Source: Antedon mediterranea (lineage: Eukaryota; Animalia; Echinodermata). Taken from it: DNA of 64,000 bases. The translations under genes and the position numbers were made by a program. The stretch lies in the NCBI RefSeq assembly GCF_964355755.1, contig NC_092672.1, forward strand, positions 4,960,001-5,024,000. Direction: 5' to 3'. Below the pieces are notes generated by a model. It had not been told where the DNA came from and made no database searches. It was given only the letters and a program-made list of their open reading frames with translations. This document shows positions 38,610-52,550 of the stretch, one piece after another (positions within the stretch are counted from its first letter, which is position 1; every line of letters starts with the position of its first letter).

Positions 38610-38860
38610 TGTTGTTTGTTTGTTTGTTTTTTTCACCATATTTAATGAGGATGATCCATCCAGCAATTGCTGATCATCAGGGACCCTCAGACGTTCACAA
38701 GACAAACATATACACAAGATGCTCTACATAAACAAAGTCTTATTACAAGTCTTTGGGAGTGGAGTTGTAATTTTGTCTTAGAAAAAATCATGAAATGTGA
38801 CGGGATTTGAACCCAGCCACTCAACTCATGGCAAGTAAATAATTAGCACCAACTTACTAG
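38610..38860 (-). mobile_element. Degenerate tRNA-derived SINE
   Basis: B-box (gggatttgaaccc on +); gggagtggagttg shared with 63843; the tail ccatccagc..ctgatcat.agggaccctca is shared with 44775-44802. Confidence 0.5.
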
Positions 38861-40086
38861 ACAATGCGGGCTATTAAATTTAAAAACTAAACTAGCACTA
38901 ATAAATAGTTGGCAAGACAACGTCTGGCAAGCCAGCTTATGGCAAGTCATCTTTGAGAAGATAAACTCTCAACCAAAATGTCCCTAAAAATAGTTTTACA
39001 AATATTAGGTTGCTGAATCATTGGGATATGGTCTCTTTAAAGTGTTTTAGTAGTAGAAACTAGAAGCACTTCTCATGTGATAACCATAAAATCAACCATT
39101 AACTAATAACTCCTCATAGAGCATCTCTACTCATAAAACTATCTTTAACTTTCCCTTTAATGGAATAAATTTAATTAATTCCCTGCTGTGTTCCTGTGAG
39201 ATACACGCATTAAAAGTCTGAACAAATATTGCACATTAAAGGGACTTAATTTATACTGTATTATTTATATTTTGTGAGACATGCCCATAACAATTGATTA
39301 AAGTATATAAAAAGTTGGTCATGTGGGGGCAATTGAGTTTGATTGTCATCTGAAAATGTGCTATAAAAAAGTTAGAATCGATCGTGAATATAAAAAAGTA
39401 TTACATTTTATTATTAAAACTGTATTATTAGCCTATTTCATGCCTCGCTTCGATACCTGAATAAACCGACAACCGTATCTACTTGGAGAGTGTCACAATT
39501 TGAAAATGAGAACATCCCTATGCATAAAATGGTATATAGTTTTAATATCCAGCATAGATAAATTGAGTACATGTGCATTGTATATGATATCACCAGCTTT
39601 GTGTCCCATCCGAAGGACAAGACAATGAGAGTAAAGGATAAGCAACAAGACACAAACAGGTTTAGAATCCATGTCTCTCAAATGCTAGTTCAATTTATTG
39701 TCATGAAATTATTATGGTGTCAGTGTTTAAGTTTATTTTGAAATTTCCTAGAAAAAAAATACATGATCTGATACTTAGATTTCTACTTAACTTTATGTTT
39801 AATGTCTGTAAAAACATGAAAATGCGGACTGAGGTTATGTGATACTTTTAGTGGGATATTGAGCGATTTATCGTGCTGTCCGGAGGTAATGAGGCATTGC
39901 ATGGTTTCATACTATGTTGTTCTATATTGTGAATTTACACCATTTGTGAGAATTTAGACCTTTAGTTTTCATGCTTACATTACAGTATCTAACATAAGAG
40001 CATTGCTCACGAGAATGCATGCATTACTTGTATTAAGCACTTTGGCTGCTATTTTTCTGTAATGGATCCAAGTTTTAGTACAAGGT

Positions 40087-40254
40087 TAAAGCTCTGTCTA
40101 CAATATCAAACTTTATGTGATAAAAAAATGTGATGTGCCCATATATAGATATGATGATGTCACATCATACCACCATATTTGGGCATATCACTACCATATT
40201 TGGGCACATCACACTTTTTTGTCAAACTAGTTTGATAGTGTAGAGAGTGCTTTA
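40087..40254. mobile_element. MITE family A
   Basis: Full TIRs, about 2 internal 21-bp units. Confidence 0.88.
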
Positions 40255-41155
40255 GTTGCAAAGAGTTGTTCTTCTTTTGTAACAATTTTCAACCTTACAA
40301 AGTATAGCTAGGAAACTAACTATTTTAAACACAATTCTCTGATTTAATTATTTAGCATTTTGATAATTTATTTTTAAAACGTAGAATTTTCAATATTATT
40401 TTGGAGTTACCCTTGTTTTATGTTTATGAAGTATGAACTCCAAGCTAAATGTTTCCCAAGATTTAGATTTCTTAATTCATAATCAATTTAGATACCAGAT
40501 CTGAAATCTTACAGCCATCTTTATATTATCAATATATATTGCTTCAATAAAAACGATTCAGGGATTGTATAAACAAAGTGGTGTTCCATAAACTTGAAAT
40601 GAATTAATATCATCTTCTTCGAGACTTAGATCAAGTTTCACAGAAAAACATTTGATAAAAGGTTCTACGAAGCAATGTCATTGAATTTCAAACATTCTCA
40701 TCAATCTACTATATTAGAATATTAACATTCGTAGATATTCATTATTTTTAACAAGTTATTTATACATCCTCTTTTATAAGATAAATCCACACCATTAATT
40801 AGTCATTATTTTTGTAATATGATAGTGTAGATGTTCAGTCGTGTACATTTGCAATCTAATCAGATATATTGAACTGCTAGCTATATTTAGTATTGTACTA
40901 ATAAGCCTTTTTCTTAATTTTCTTCATTTTCAAATATGAAAATTGAGTAATATTATGATAATAATTGAAGTACAAACTCTTAAGAGCTTAAAAGCAATTT
41001 AGAAATGTTTAATTTAAAATTTAAAAAAAAAGAATTCAGTTATTTGTTTACAATTTTGCAAAAAATGAGGAAAGTTTGGTCCATGCCTTCCTTACCTGAC
41101 AGACATACATGTAGAACGTTTTCCCTCAGAGGGGAGAAAGTCTTGGTACTGTATT

Positions 41156-41480
41156 CTATTCTGTGCCTCACTTACCTGGATAAACCGACATAGCCCTTTC
41201 TCCCTCCGAGGAGAGAATATAACTGTTAGATTATTATACTATGCCTCACTTACCTGGATAAACCGACATAGCCCTTTCTCCCTCCGAGGAGAGAATATAA
41301 CTGTTAGATTATTATACTATGCCTCACTTACCTGGATAAACCGACATAGCCCTTTCTCCCTCCAAGGAGAGAACATACTTTTACTTATTTAATACTGTAG
41401 TCTATTCTGTGCATCACTTACCTGGATAAACTAACATAGGCCTTTCTACCTCTGAGGGGAGAACAAACTGTTAGATTATA
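41156..41480 (+). repeat. Tandem array (4 copies, 78-90 bp) of the dispersed CTTACCTGGATAAAC repeat
   Basis: gcctcacttacctggataaaccgacatagccctttctccctccgaggagag at 41165, 41243 and 41321; variant at 41411. Confidence 0.9.
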
Positions 41481-42570
41481 TAATATTACAATTCTTTCTT
41501 TAATATTTTAATATAGATTTATGGAAATTGCCCTTGAAACAAAACCTCTAATAACTCCGTAATTCACATTATGCTAATAATAATATTCTTTCCTTTCCAT
41601 AATGATTTAGTTTTCATGTCAAACTGTTGAAAGCGATTGTCATCATGTTTATACATCTCCATTACCGATACATTGTATTAATATACCTATTTGAAATTCT
41701 AATCATGATACGTCTTTTAAAAACTAAAGATCAAGTTGACTTCAATATGATTCTATCTTCATCTTTTAGATTATTTATTGACAGTGTATATTGTTATTAC
41801 TTATGTAGTAAATCTTCACAGTAAGTGACCAAGGATGAAATTGTTTTTAGAAAAAATTCTATTTATTTTGTCTATTTCGTGCCAAATCTTACCTGGATAA
41901 ACCGACATTGGCCTATTCTCTCAAAGAAAAGAGATACAACTCGTATATTTATCATTTGTTTAAACCTCTATCAGATAATGGTATATTCTATGAACCCTGC
42001 TCTTAAGTGTTACTTTAATTCATTTTATCTAGCCACATCCAATTGTGTGAGGTCCCAGACTAGTTGTTTTAATTTTAACCTTTATCCCATCAAAGAAATA
42101 CTTTTAAAATGGTAATGTGTCTAATTCATGCCTAGCTTACTGTGATAAACCGACAGTAGCCCATGATCGGCATAGGGAGCTATGATAAAAGGTAAAGTTC
42201 CCTTCACAATAATAGACTAATCCACCAAAGTGGGCACATTCTATTATCATTTCTTGTAATAATATGCCTTATAAAAGCTACAAAGATATATGGGTAGCTT
42301 TTGTGTTGTTATATCACATACCATTATCACTATGCCATCGCAACACCTTTAGTACGAGTTCTATTCTGCATCCTCTAGAATGTGACTTTTGACCTTTTGC
42401 AGTTTCACTATTACTCATTCTCACCTGTAAGACTATGTTGTTGAAACGATTGAATGTTAATAGCATGTTGATTGCTCTATATCACTCATTCAACAGCATA
42501 ACAAACATACTAAGTATAGCTTAATTAAAATCTTGAGATGCTTAGGTTCACCTGTCTTTCACTCACCAGT

Positions 42571-42685
42571 GGCTGTATTCACCAATCACACTTAAGTGAG
42601 ATATTTCCCTTAAATATTAAGTATTTCACTTAACTCAACAGATATTTCCCTTAAATTGTATTCACTTAGATAGGAGATATTTGTT
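42571..42685 (+). mobile_element. TIR element fragment, family F
   Basis: gtattcaccaatcacacttaagtgagatatttcccttaaatattaagtatttcac is shared with 52366-52550. Confidence 0.65.
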
Positions 42686-42801
42686 CACATTTTTAACCAT
42701 TTAAAGACGAAAAAAGTTATCGCAATAGGACCATATAGTATTTTAGATTAAATATAGTTTGTGATCTTAAAATAGATCTAAAAAACGTAGGGAAGGTGTC
42801 T
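42686..42801 (+). mobile_element. Kolobok family B, right-end fragment
   Basis: Matches the last ~120 bp of family B and ends ..GGGAAGGTGTCT|TTAA. Confidence 0.85.
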
Positions 42802-45558
42802 TTAAGTATGAATGCCAGGTTAGTCCACTGGAGGTTGTGGATTTGAATCCCAACCGAGAATTGTATTTTACTGAGCACATCACAGTAGGCAAAACATCTG
42901 ACCATTAAATGTATGCTTGTACTATTTCAAACACTGTGAGTACTACTGTACTTCATTATTGTAATAAAAAAATTTATTGACAATTTCAGAGTTTATTCTA
43001 AAAATGAAACAGAAAAAATATATATTGCAATTCTAATGCTGAAGTTTAGAATTTTGAAAATTGATCAAATATAAATCATTTTTTCGATAATAAATATATG
43101 TTTGGATTGAAAAAAAAGAAGAATATTTCTGTCTCGTTTACCGCATGATTTATCTTTTATATAGATAGCGATAGTTTAGTATTCTATCTTTAGGCCATAC
43201 TAAGTATTTTCCAGTTTGCAAGTGAAGTATTCGTTAAAAAAAAAAAAGAAGAAAAATGATTAATATACTTAATGAGTGTTTAAATTTGATGACCATTTAT
43301 CAATATTAGCAAGAGATGCTTTTGGGCAAATTACAAATCATGAAGATTCCGCAAGCCGTTATCCTCACGAGGGCGTAAGTGATAGCCTCAAGTGATTTAT
43401 ATAGTTGTGGTTCTGATTAGTGTTTTTGATCGTGTTTGTTATTGGTAAAAAGGAAGCATTTCAAAAATCAATTTTTAATATCTGTAACTTTTGCAGCAAC
43501 TGCGAATTATGATTTCTAATATCAACATTGGATTTTTACAGAAAAAAATTAATCAAAATTGACCAAATATGGAAGTAATATAGTCTGAGCTGTATCAAAT
43601 TTTATCTTGCAATTTCTTTTTTTAATGCCATTCTTCAATTTCAAAATTTATTTTTACAAATGAAACTGAAATATATAGCAAATTGAGTATTAAGCTTCGT
43701 GTTTAAACAGAATGATATTGAAAATCTTGCAATATAAACATTTTTTTCCAAATATTCTGAAAACACAATTTGTTTGTCTTTGGCCAGGTTTGTTGAACAT
43801 TTTGACACGGTTTTCCCATTTTTATTTATGTCTATAACTGCTGCCTCACTCTGGAACCGATCAGAATCAAATGTGAAATAAAAACATAGTAGGCCTACTG
43901 TATTTTCAAAGGATTGTTGTACTTATAATTGTACTAACTAATAGTAGAAGTAGTTTTGCATTAGGGAGCTATTGTATTATTTATGTTATTTTTCTTGTTT
44001 GCCAATGATATGTTATTTTAATATTCATATATTCCATATCGTCACAGAGATATTTATATCGAGTGTAAATTGTTGACAACATAAGTCATTGTCTGCTTGG
44101 AAAATATTGCCTGCTAATGCGTCCTTAAGCCCCACAAACTTACCGGTATTCACGCCAGAATCCTCACAAATCTGTCGCATTATCATCCTTATCTTTGTTG
44201 TTTTCTAATAGCTGTATTACTCTGCATTGCAATTTACATCAATCCCGTATATAAGATTGTTATTCCAATATTCTGTTATTACACTGGAAAAATATTTTTA
44301 AATGTCTTGTTTTTTTGTATTAAAGATGTTTGTCATGTGGTTATTTTACGGGTTTAATATATTATGATTAACTGCTGTGTTTTTATAAATATATTGTACA
44401 ATGATTATCATGGAAGACAAAAAAAAATTAAATTATAAAAAAACCTTTATTATTAATATTACTACAACATTTCCAAAATTAGATTACTACAGTATTTACA
44501 AATTCATTAAAAATATGTAATTATTTAAGTGAAAATTAATTTTAATAACATATTGCACAGTTTCCTTATAGCTCCCTCTCTTGGTTTAGAAAGAACTTTG
44601 ATTTATTCCCTAATAAGTGAACATTTGCATAAGTAGCAGATTGATATTAGTAGTAGGTTTACAGTAAATAACATTCTTGCATCTGATGAACATTAAGATG
44701 GCCGTTTATAAATCTTTTTTTCTCATGTCAATTTATTTATTTTATTTAGTTCAACAATAGTTTACAAGGGAGGTCCATCCAGCCTGATCATTAGGGACCC
44801 TCACAAAAATACAATATGACAAGACATAAACATGCAACAATTAAAATTAAATTAAAATTTATTTATCAAATGAGTTCTTCCTATCGTAAAAGAAACAAAA
44901 TATAATATTTGCTTAGGTTATTTTAAAAACTGATTTAAGCAAAATCAGCGAGTTAAATCAAAGTTAAGATGATTCTTTCTGCTAAGTAGGTTTGATAAAT
45001 TTACCCCATATCAGTATGTGTATTTGGTTTATAAACAACCATTTTGCACTCTATCAACCTGACCACAAAGTTAATACAAAACCATTTGGTAGGTACAGTA
45101 AATACTGTGCATAATGTGGTTATTTAAATAAATCTATGAATTAAATATGAAATAAATGATAAGATATGTCATCATCAAACAAAGTTTGTACACTTAATTA
45201 AATACGAAAAATATACCGTATTGTAAATTTTAAAATGAATATCGTAAATTATAAAGTATGTTGGTTTTTCGTTGATTGTTTTCTCGCCAACTAAAAACAG
45301 ATCCTAGTAGTTACACTCAAAGATGAAGTTGTTGCTATGGTGATGATGCTCTTCAGTCTTCTCATCTTACCACCATTGTCATTACTTTTCAAGAGTGCTC
45401 TTAAGTTTCATCACTAAACATCAATCAGTTTAAGTGTGGTGTTCTTTAGTTGTCATAGTTGATTGAAACGACGTGATGAAAACAGGTAATGTATTCTTGT
45501 TCGTCTCTTTACTTTGTGCGATTGTGTTTGATCATGCTTTATGTTTACTGTTATGCTT

Positions 45559-45774
45559 TAAGCTCTGTTTACACTATCAAACTTTATGTGACAAAAACAA
45601 TGTGATGTGCACATATATAGACATGATGATGGCATATTACTACCACATTTGGGCATATCACTAACATATTTGGGCATATCACTACCATATTTGGGCATAT
45701 TACTACCACATTTGGGCATATCACTACCATATTTGGGCACATCACACTTTTTTTTGTAAAACTAGTTTGATAGT
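45559..45774. mobile_element. MITE family A with expanded 21-bp array (~4-5 units)
   Basis: Repeated atcactaccatatttgggcat; this explains the repetitive ORFs at 45558-45817. Confidence 0.88.
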
Positions 45775-47032
45775 TAGTCAGGTTAAAAGATGTCATAAAA
45801 TAGGGTCCCGTGTACAATTTGTGATGAAAGTTTGATTGGGTTTATGTATATAATAATAATAATTCAACATTTATTAGTTTCTATCAATGGAAAAACAATA
45901 CAATAAAAAAGAATGATAATTTATAATGAGACAAAACAAAAATACCATTAATAGAGGATTGCAAGAAGAGAATACTTGTCACGCAAGACCCATAAACAAA
46001 AGAAAAAAATACATTTGTATATAATTATTAAATAATAAAAAAAAAAAAAGTCATGACAAAAACAGTTTGAAGGTCTAGTTTGAGTACAATGATAACAAAT
46101 TACTTTGAAGTTTTTTATGAAAAGTTGGGAGAGAGGAAGAGTTAACAATACTAGTATCTAATTGATTCCAAACATTAACAAACCCTCTCCTTCCCCTTCA
46201 TTCTAAATAAATAAACAAATTAAGTCATTACCATACCATTATTATGGTTGGTTTTTAAATACCAATATGCATCTTCATCATCCATATTTTTGACCAGTGA
46301 TTATTTTTTGTGATTAACATATTAATTGTTAAATATTAACAATTTTTTATTAGTGATAACTGTTCGACAAAGTAATGTTTGATGGCTAAATATTCAACTC
46401 ATTTTAAATGTTATCATTACCCAAAATAAATAATTCATTTAGTTTCAGATACATTTATTTCTTAAATTTGTGCAGAATTGTAAATATTAATAAATCATTG
46501 AAAACCCTGAGAAAAAAAAATTATATTTGTCTTCAGATGGTTTTGTATTTAACTTTCATTAACAGAAATGAAATTAACTTTTTTCAGGTACCATCAGAAT
46601 TAAAAATTCAAGAGCGTTGCTTTTAAAATTATGTATAATTTAACCCATTTCAATATTAATGTGATTTGCATCATTTAGAGAAATTCACCATATTGAGATC
46701 TCTTTATCATAATGCTACCAATGTTTACACAGCCAAACAAATAGACTTGATAGACAAAAAAAAAAAATTTCATTATTAATTTCAACATTTCAAATCTCCA
46801 CATGGTCCCTTCAATCAAGGCAATCTAACAAAAAGATGCTGAGAGAGATTCGGAGATTTAAAAGGTTTATCTCTGGCTGCGACACGATCAGTTCCATGCC
46901 CCTTAACAATACAGTATGTACATAGTACAGTAATGTTGGTATATGTCGCAGTCAGACACATAAAATCAAAGGACTGTTACAAGTTCCTATCTTGGCAAGG
47001 CGAGCTCAGTGTGCTGTTGTTAAATTGCCTTC

Positions 47033-47245
47033 AATCAATCAATCGTTCGATTTATATAGCGCCATTCCAACATTCATTGCTCATCGCGCTGTAAAAAAAA
47101 AATCAGAAAAGGTGAGTTTTGAGTAGTGACTTAGTGACTCAATAATGATGTGTGTTTAATGTTCAAGGGTAGGTGGTTCCAGAGCCTAGGTCCAGCAACA
47201 TTGAAAGTCCGATCTCCCCAACTATGTTTGCTCCTTGCTTCAATA
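47033..47245 (-). mobile_element. L2-clade LINE 3' fragment, second subfamily with an (ATTG)n tail
   Basis: Reverse complement translates ..RSKHSWGDRTFNVAGPRLWNHLPLNIK..LLKTHLF*; then agcgcgatgagc..ggcgctatataaat and (attg)n. Confidence 0.85.
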
Positions 47246-47661
47246 GAGAAAACAGTACTCTGCTAGTTTATTGTTCTATTGGCTATCCACAAATTTATTT
47301 TTTGTGAAATAATTAAAAATTAATGCCTTATTAGAAAAGCATCATTTTATAGTGTAAATATAAAGATATTACCTACTTATTTACACTATTAATAATAATA
47401 ATAATAATCATATTTCATGACTTGAGATATTAATATTTATTGAAGCCAAAATAATAAGGGTTATGCAATACGGACTTGGATATAATCCAATCAAAAATAA
47501 TAAAATAATAACAGCGTTGGCAGTATATAAATTAATAAACATTAATTATTTATATTCTTGAATATATTAATCTATCCTTTATCTTTCAACTATATAAAGT
47601 ATATAATACTAAATTAACTCTAGGATTTCTTACATTAAAAATATTTAGATTTAAGATTTAA

Positions 47662-47945
47662 AGGTGTATTGTCTCCGTGAACATTTAAAAAAAAAAAAAT
47701 TTTTGTTGTTGAATATGCCATTTTATTGTCACAAAATTGGATCTTAAAAAAAAATATTTACCTGAAAAACTGTAATTTTAAGCCAAAAATTAGTCAAATT
47801 GGCTGCCAGCCAATGACATTTTAGTTGAATTTAACTATTTATTATGTCATTTATAAGTGAAAACTTTTTTTTTTTACAAAATAACCTATTCAAAGTCTGA
47901 TTTAATTAATCTTTATTTTTCATATTTTTGGAGGACAATACATCT
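47662..47945. mobile_element. Kolobok-like family C
   Basis: TTAA|AGGTGTATTGTCTCC ... GGAGGACAATACATCT|TTAA. Confidence 0.8.
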
Positions 47946-48496
47946 TTAATTTTAATATGGCAAATCCATCCCTTTCTCTCCAAATTTAAACCAATACACT
48001 CCAATATTTTATAGTGATTAATTATTATAGGAATTAGTCTGACTCGCTATACTTGTAGTTTATTAACGCCTGTGTGCGATTATATAATCAATAGTCGGTG
48101 CATAAGCAGTATAGACCTAGCACACTTTGCACTCCTTTTAATCTTGTATAGGCTATCAGTTTTACGTCTAGTTTATTGCTCATCATATAAACATTTATAT
48201 CGTTAATATGAAATTACTACTTTAAGTACAAAGCTTTTAGAATCATATTAATTAATATGACTTAAGGTGACCAGGGATTAAATTTAGTTTAAAAGCCAAA
48301 ATGATGACCTAATTTTTTAAGTGGCACTGATATCTAGAAATATACTACGGGATATAATTTAATATCAAATTAAATGAAAATTTAATGTCCCAATTTAAGA
48401 TTTTATTGAAGATTTTGCTAATGCAGTACACCACCATATGATTGAATAAGACTTTAAGAGCCTCCCTAAGTACCGCACCAAACTTGTATTCTTTAA

Positions 48497-50097
48497 GGGC
48501 CTGTTTCTGCTGCATACAAAATAACCGGTTAAAATCGGTGTGAATAAATTAAAATCGGTGTGAATAAATTAACTCCATTTTCTTGGCAGCAGAAACAGGA
48601 CACATTTGTGGTAACCGGTTAAAAGGCAGCGCAAAATAACCGGTTAAAAACACCAATTTAAATCGGTGTTAGAACGCCGTTTAACCGGTTATCGCTGAGC
48701 AATTCTTAGCTGCAACACGAAATAACGGTTATTTGATTGACAGTTGTGACCCCGGGTCAGATACCGTGGCATACGGTGCGTGTTTTCCTCGTGGTTTTGA
48801 CAGTCGAACGAAGAAGTGAACATGTATGTGGATGAATGAAATCACAAGATATGTTATTCAGTTGTGGGGGGAGAGAAAGTACGGGGAAGGATGGCAGGCA
48901 ATAGAAAAGAATCACAGATAATAAATAAGAGCATTTTTTTTTTGCGTTTTGAGTTCCGGGGACTACCCAAGCTAAGCAATTTGAGGCGTTCGTACACGCT
49001 CGCGAAGGGTATGGATGGTCCTATATTAAAACCAAAACGGAAAAAAAGGGACTCAGAATGTTGCAAATACCTACCAAACGATAGTAGATAATGGTTAATT
49101 AATTATGAAAACCCAAATTTTATAGCAAAAATCATCCGAATTTATGTTGTAACGATGAATGAAAAACTTAATCCAAACGAGCGTATTTATGGCACGCCCT
49201 TAGTGCCTTTAATAGGAGAACAATGAACAATCTTAATTTGATCGTTTTATATAATTTTTTTAGAAAAACATCACATCGACTGAAAACAAATGTTATGAGA
49301 GCTTTTGATAATATATTAAATATGATTTTATTAAGCATAGAAATGTATTATTTATGTTAGTACATAAATATACGAAACAATGTTTAATACTCATTATTCT
49401 AATAAAGGCACTATGTGCGTGCGATATTCTATGACTTGGATACTCTCGTTTGATTTAAGTTTTTGTGGCTAAACTCGTCGTTTTTAACATAAATTCGGAC
49501 TATTTTTGCTATAAAAGTTAGGGTTTCATAATTAATTAACAATTATCTACTCTCGTTTGGTAAGTATTGCAACATTCTAAGTCTCGTTTTTGTTTCCCTT
49601 TGGTTTTTTGTAGGACCGCGCTCGCGAAAGACAACAGTCGTTCACGTGGGAAGGGGGCCGTATCATCATCGCCTTTGTTGAGGAATTTTAGGCTAGATAA
49701 AAATTATCCTAGGCGATCGGGCGCTGCACGACCCTCCCCATGTTATTGAAGGCGCCATGAGAATTAATTTTATTAGCGATCAGTAAGTAGGCTTTACAAA
49801 AAACAAAACTTGTAGACCTGTAGACAACATTTTATTATTTTAACATGTTTGAGATGTTCGGCGATATACACACGTGTGTATTGACGACGTCGATGTAAAC
49901 AAACAGCCAACTTACTACTTCCGTCTGAGTGTATTGCATTTTGGGTAATGATGACGTTTTGCTCGACGACCACCCATAGATTTAACCGGTTATTTCGGAG
50001 CACAAATTGAGCAGAAACGCGGTCTTGTTATTGTTATCTATTTTTAATCTATTTTAAAATAACCGGTTAAATTGCGTTATGCAGCAGAAACAGACCC
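48497..50097 (+). mobile_element. PIF/Harbinger-type family E, long composite copy (1.6 kb)
   Basis: TAA|GGGCCTGTTTCTGCTGCATA ... TATGCAGCAGAAACAGACCC|TAA; carries ~1.17 kb that is absent from the short copies. Confidence 0.85.
49017..49617. mobile_element. Foldback element with long imperfect inverted arms, nested in family E
   Basis: 49017-~49215 is the reverse complement of ~49398-49617 (ggtccta..agaatgttgcaa..ttaattaattatgaaa..ttttatagcaaaaat..tccgaatttatgtt). Confidence 0.8.
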
Positions 50098-50354
50098 TAA
50101 ATGTGGCAGTAAACATATGTACAGGTATACATCAAGGTCTGTTTTATTTATTTATTTATTTATTTATTTTCACTTCTGGACAGTAGTTGAAGGAGACAGT
50201 AATGTTACAGATAGTTCATTCTTTGTTACTATCCTAAAATAAAAGCTTACTCTTAAGCTCTATTTTTATTTTTTTTTTATTTCTTTATTCTGACAGAAAA
50301 TCATAGGATAAAAACACAATAAAGTACCGAGACGGCAAACTTATTTCCATTGTG

Positions 50355-50489
50355 GTCTACACTAACTATCAAACTAGTTTTACAAAAAAAAAGTATTGAT
50401 ATGCCTAAATATGGTAGTGATAATGATGTTCATATATAGGCACATCACATTTTTAACATAAAGTTTGATAGTGTGTTAGACAGAGCTTA
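50355..50489. mobile_element. MITE family A (left TIR eroded)
   Basis: gtctacac..ctatcaaactagttt ... aagtttgatagtgtg..agacagagct. Confidence 0.8.
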
Positions 50490-52365
50490 GGCACAATAGC
50501 AGAAGAAGTTTTAGAATTACACATATGAATTCAAAGTTTACATACTAATATAGCAGTATATTTGAATATCCATTAAGTAACACATTTTAATTTTAAAAAA
50601 GGTACATAGCACCATTCTACATGTTTTGTTATTTATGGTACGATATAGCAGCTAAAATGTATAATATTTAAGACAAAAATTAAAATATACTTTTTAATGT
50701 TAGATAGTTAAAACTTGCAATGTTTGGAAAACAAAGTAACAATGGTTGTTTTCAAAACATTCTTGCATAGTTATTCTTGTATAGCAGAATCAGATTTAAA
50801 AAAACGATTTATGGTCAAAAATAAATCATCTCATCATAAAAACATTTTATTTTTGTCTTTGTTGCGTACAAAATAGTGTTATAAACGGCTTTCAAAGGTG
50901 CTTTGCATCATCTTTGTAAACTAATTGCCTAATCGTTTTCCCCGCGGTAACAAATTATGACAAGATATACCCTAATGGACCAATAAGGACAAGGATAATT
51001 GGAGAACTGTACATCTAATTGCCCGATATGTCCAATTTACCCAACAAATGCATTTCAAATTTACATTGATGAAACAACAATGAGAATAGTGGAGTTATCA
51101 AGCCATTGACGTACATCATCAAATTATACTTGATACGTTCGCTAAAGCATTTCAATTTGTACTCTGATTTATCATTTCATCTGTAATGCTTGCTACGAAG
51201 GTCGTGGCAATATTAAACTCAAATTATCGACTAGAATATTGTGAAGTAGTAGACAGATAGACAGCAATTTATTTAATCGTTTGCGACTCCTTAAAATAGG
51301 AGGAAGATGATGACAATGACAAAAATGATTTATTCTTGTCTATTTAATAGACATTTTTTATTTGAAATGTAATATTTCTTGGACTTTTAATATTGATGAT
51401 AATAATATAGGGTAATCTATCTGGGAAGATTCAACTATGTACAAACTGAAATAGCACCCCATCTCAATTTAATGAATCACGAAATCATACAAAATTAAAA
51501 CATAGCTACAATGTACCCAAGTTGACATATCATATCATAAACATCAATTAAAATAGTAATATATTTCCTCATTTGCATAAGTCATAGGTCACTTCAAATT
51601 TATTTAAAGTGCCCCTATGTTTTGAGTGTGTGGTTTTTTTTTAATGATAATCATACTCAAGGCTATCAATTAGACATGAGAGTTTATCTACAAAGTAGTC
51701 ACAATTAAATAAAGTTGTTATTCAATAAACATGAATGATCGATAAATGTATTTAAAATGTTTACATAAATCTAATGGTAAAATTCTGTATTGTTTCCTCA
51801 AGGCTTTATATTTCTAATGGATCTTAAAATCATCTCCTTTGTTCTTTAATAGAATATCTTGTTCTTTAATAGAATATCTTGTTCTTATTTTAACAATGTC
51901 TTTCTAATTGCAATTAACAATTTTAGAAGTTGTCGTTTGTTATGAATTACTTGGCAACCAATTTTAAATATTCTAAGGACGACACTGTCACGTTTGGTAT
52001 CAATTGATAAGATGCTACACAGTGCTTTTGTTTCATGTATTCTCAAGATTATTTTTGTCATCGTCGTTCACTATTTTCAAGTCTTTCAGAATTAGCAATC
52101 ATGTCGATATTGATCCAACGGTTATAATTACATTTATCGGCAGACAATGGACGCATGAAGACTCGCAAACTTGTTAATAATATACTACTTAGTTGGAAAG
52201 GTGATATATCTAATAAGAATAAGCAGTTTGTATTGATTGATATGAAGTAATAGTGCATTTCATATCATCCACACATTATGTCATCTTGATTAGTCGATAG
52301 CTTTTTTTTTATTTAAAGAGGTATAATTATAACTTGTTCCATTTATGATCGTTTTTGGAGCCTGT

Positions 52366-52550
52366 GACCGTATTTACCAATCGCACTTAAATGAGATATT
52401 TCCCTTAAATATTAAGTATTTCACCGCAATAAATATTTAAGTATTTCCCTTAAATTGTATTCACAATAGATAGGATTAGGAAGTACTGTACTTGTTAATT
52501 TTAAGGGTAAATGTTTCCCTTAGCCCAAGTGTAAATGGTAAATATGAACA
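52366..52550 (+). mobile_element. TIR element, family F
   Basis: gtatttaccaatcgcactt ... aagtgtaaatggtaaatat imperfect TIRs; homologous to 42571. Confidence 0.6.

Noticed and set aside
41165-41240. U1 snRNA gene or pseudogene
   Set aside because: The match is limited to ACTTACCTGG; no U1 stem-loops or Sm site follow.
45473-45817. Repetitive ORFs (MPKYGSD / VVICPN repeats)
   Set aside because: Translations of the 21-bp internal repeat of MITE family A.
48854-50003. ORFs inside the composite element as transposase or cargo genes
   Set aside because: Short, with no DDE, Myb/SANT or other recognisable motif, and they cross the foldback boundaries.
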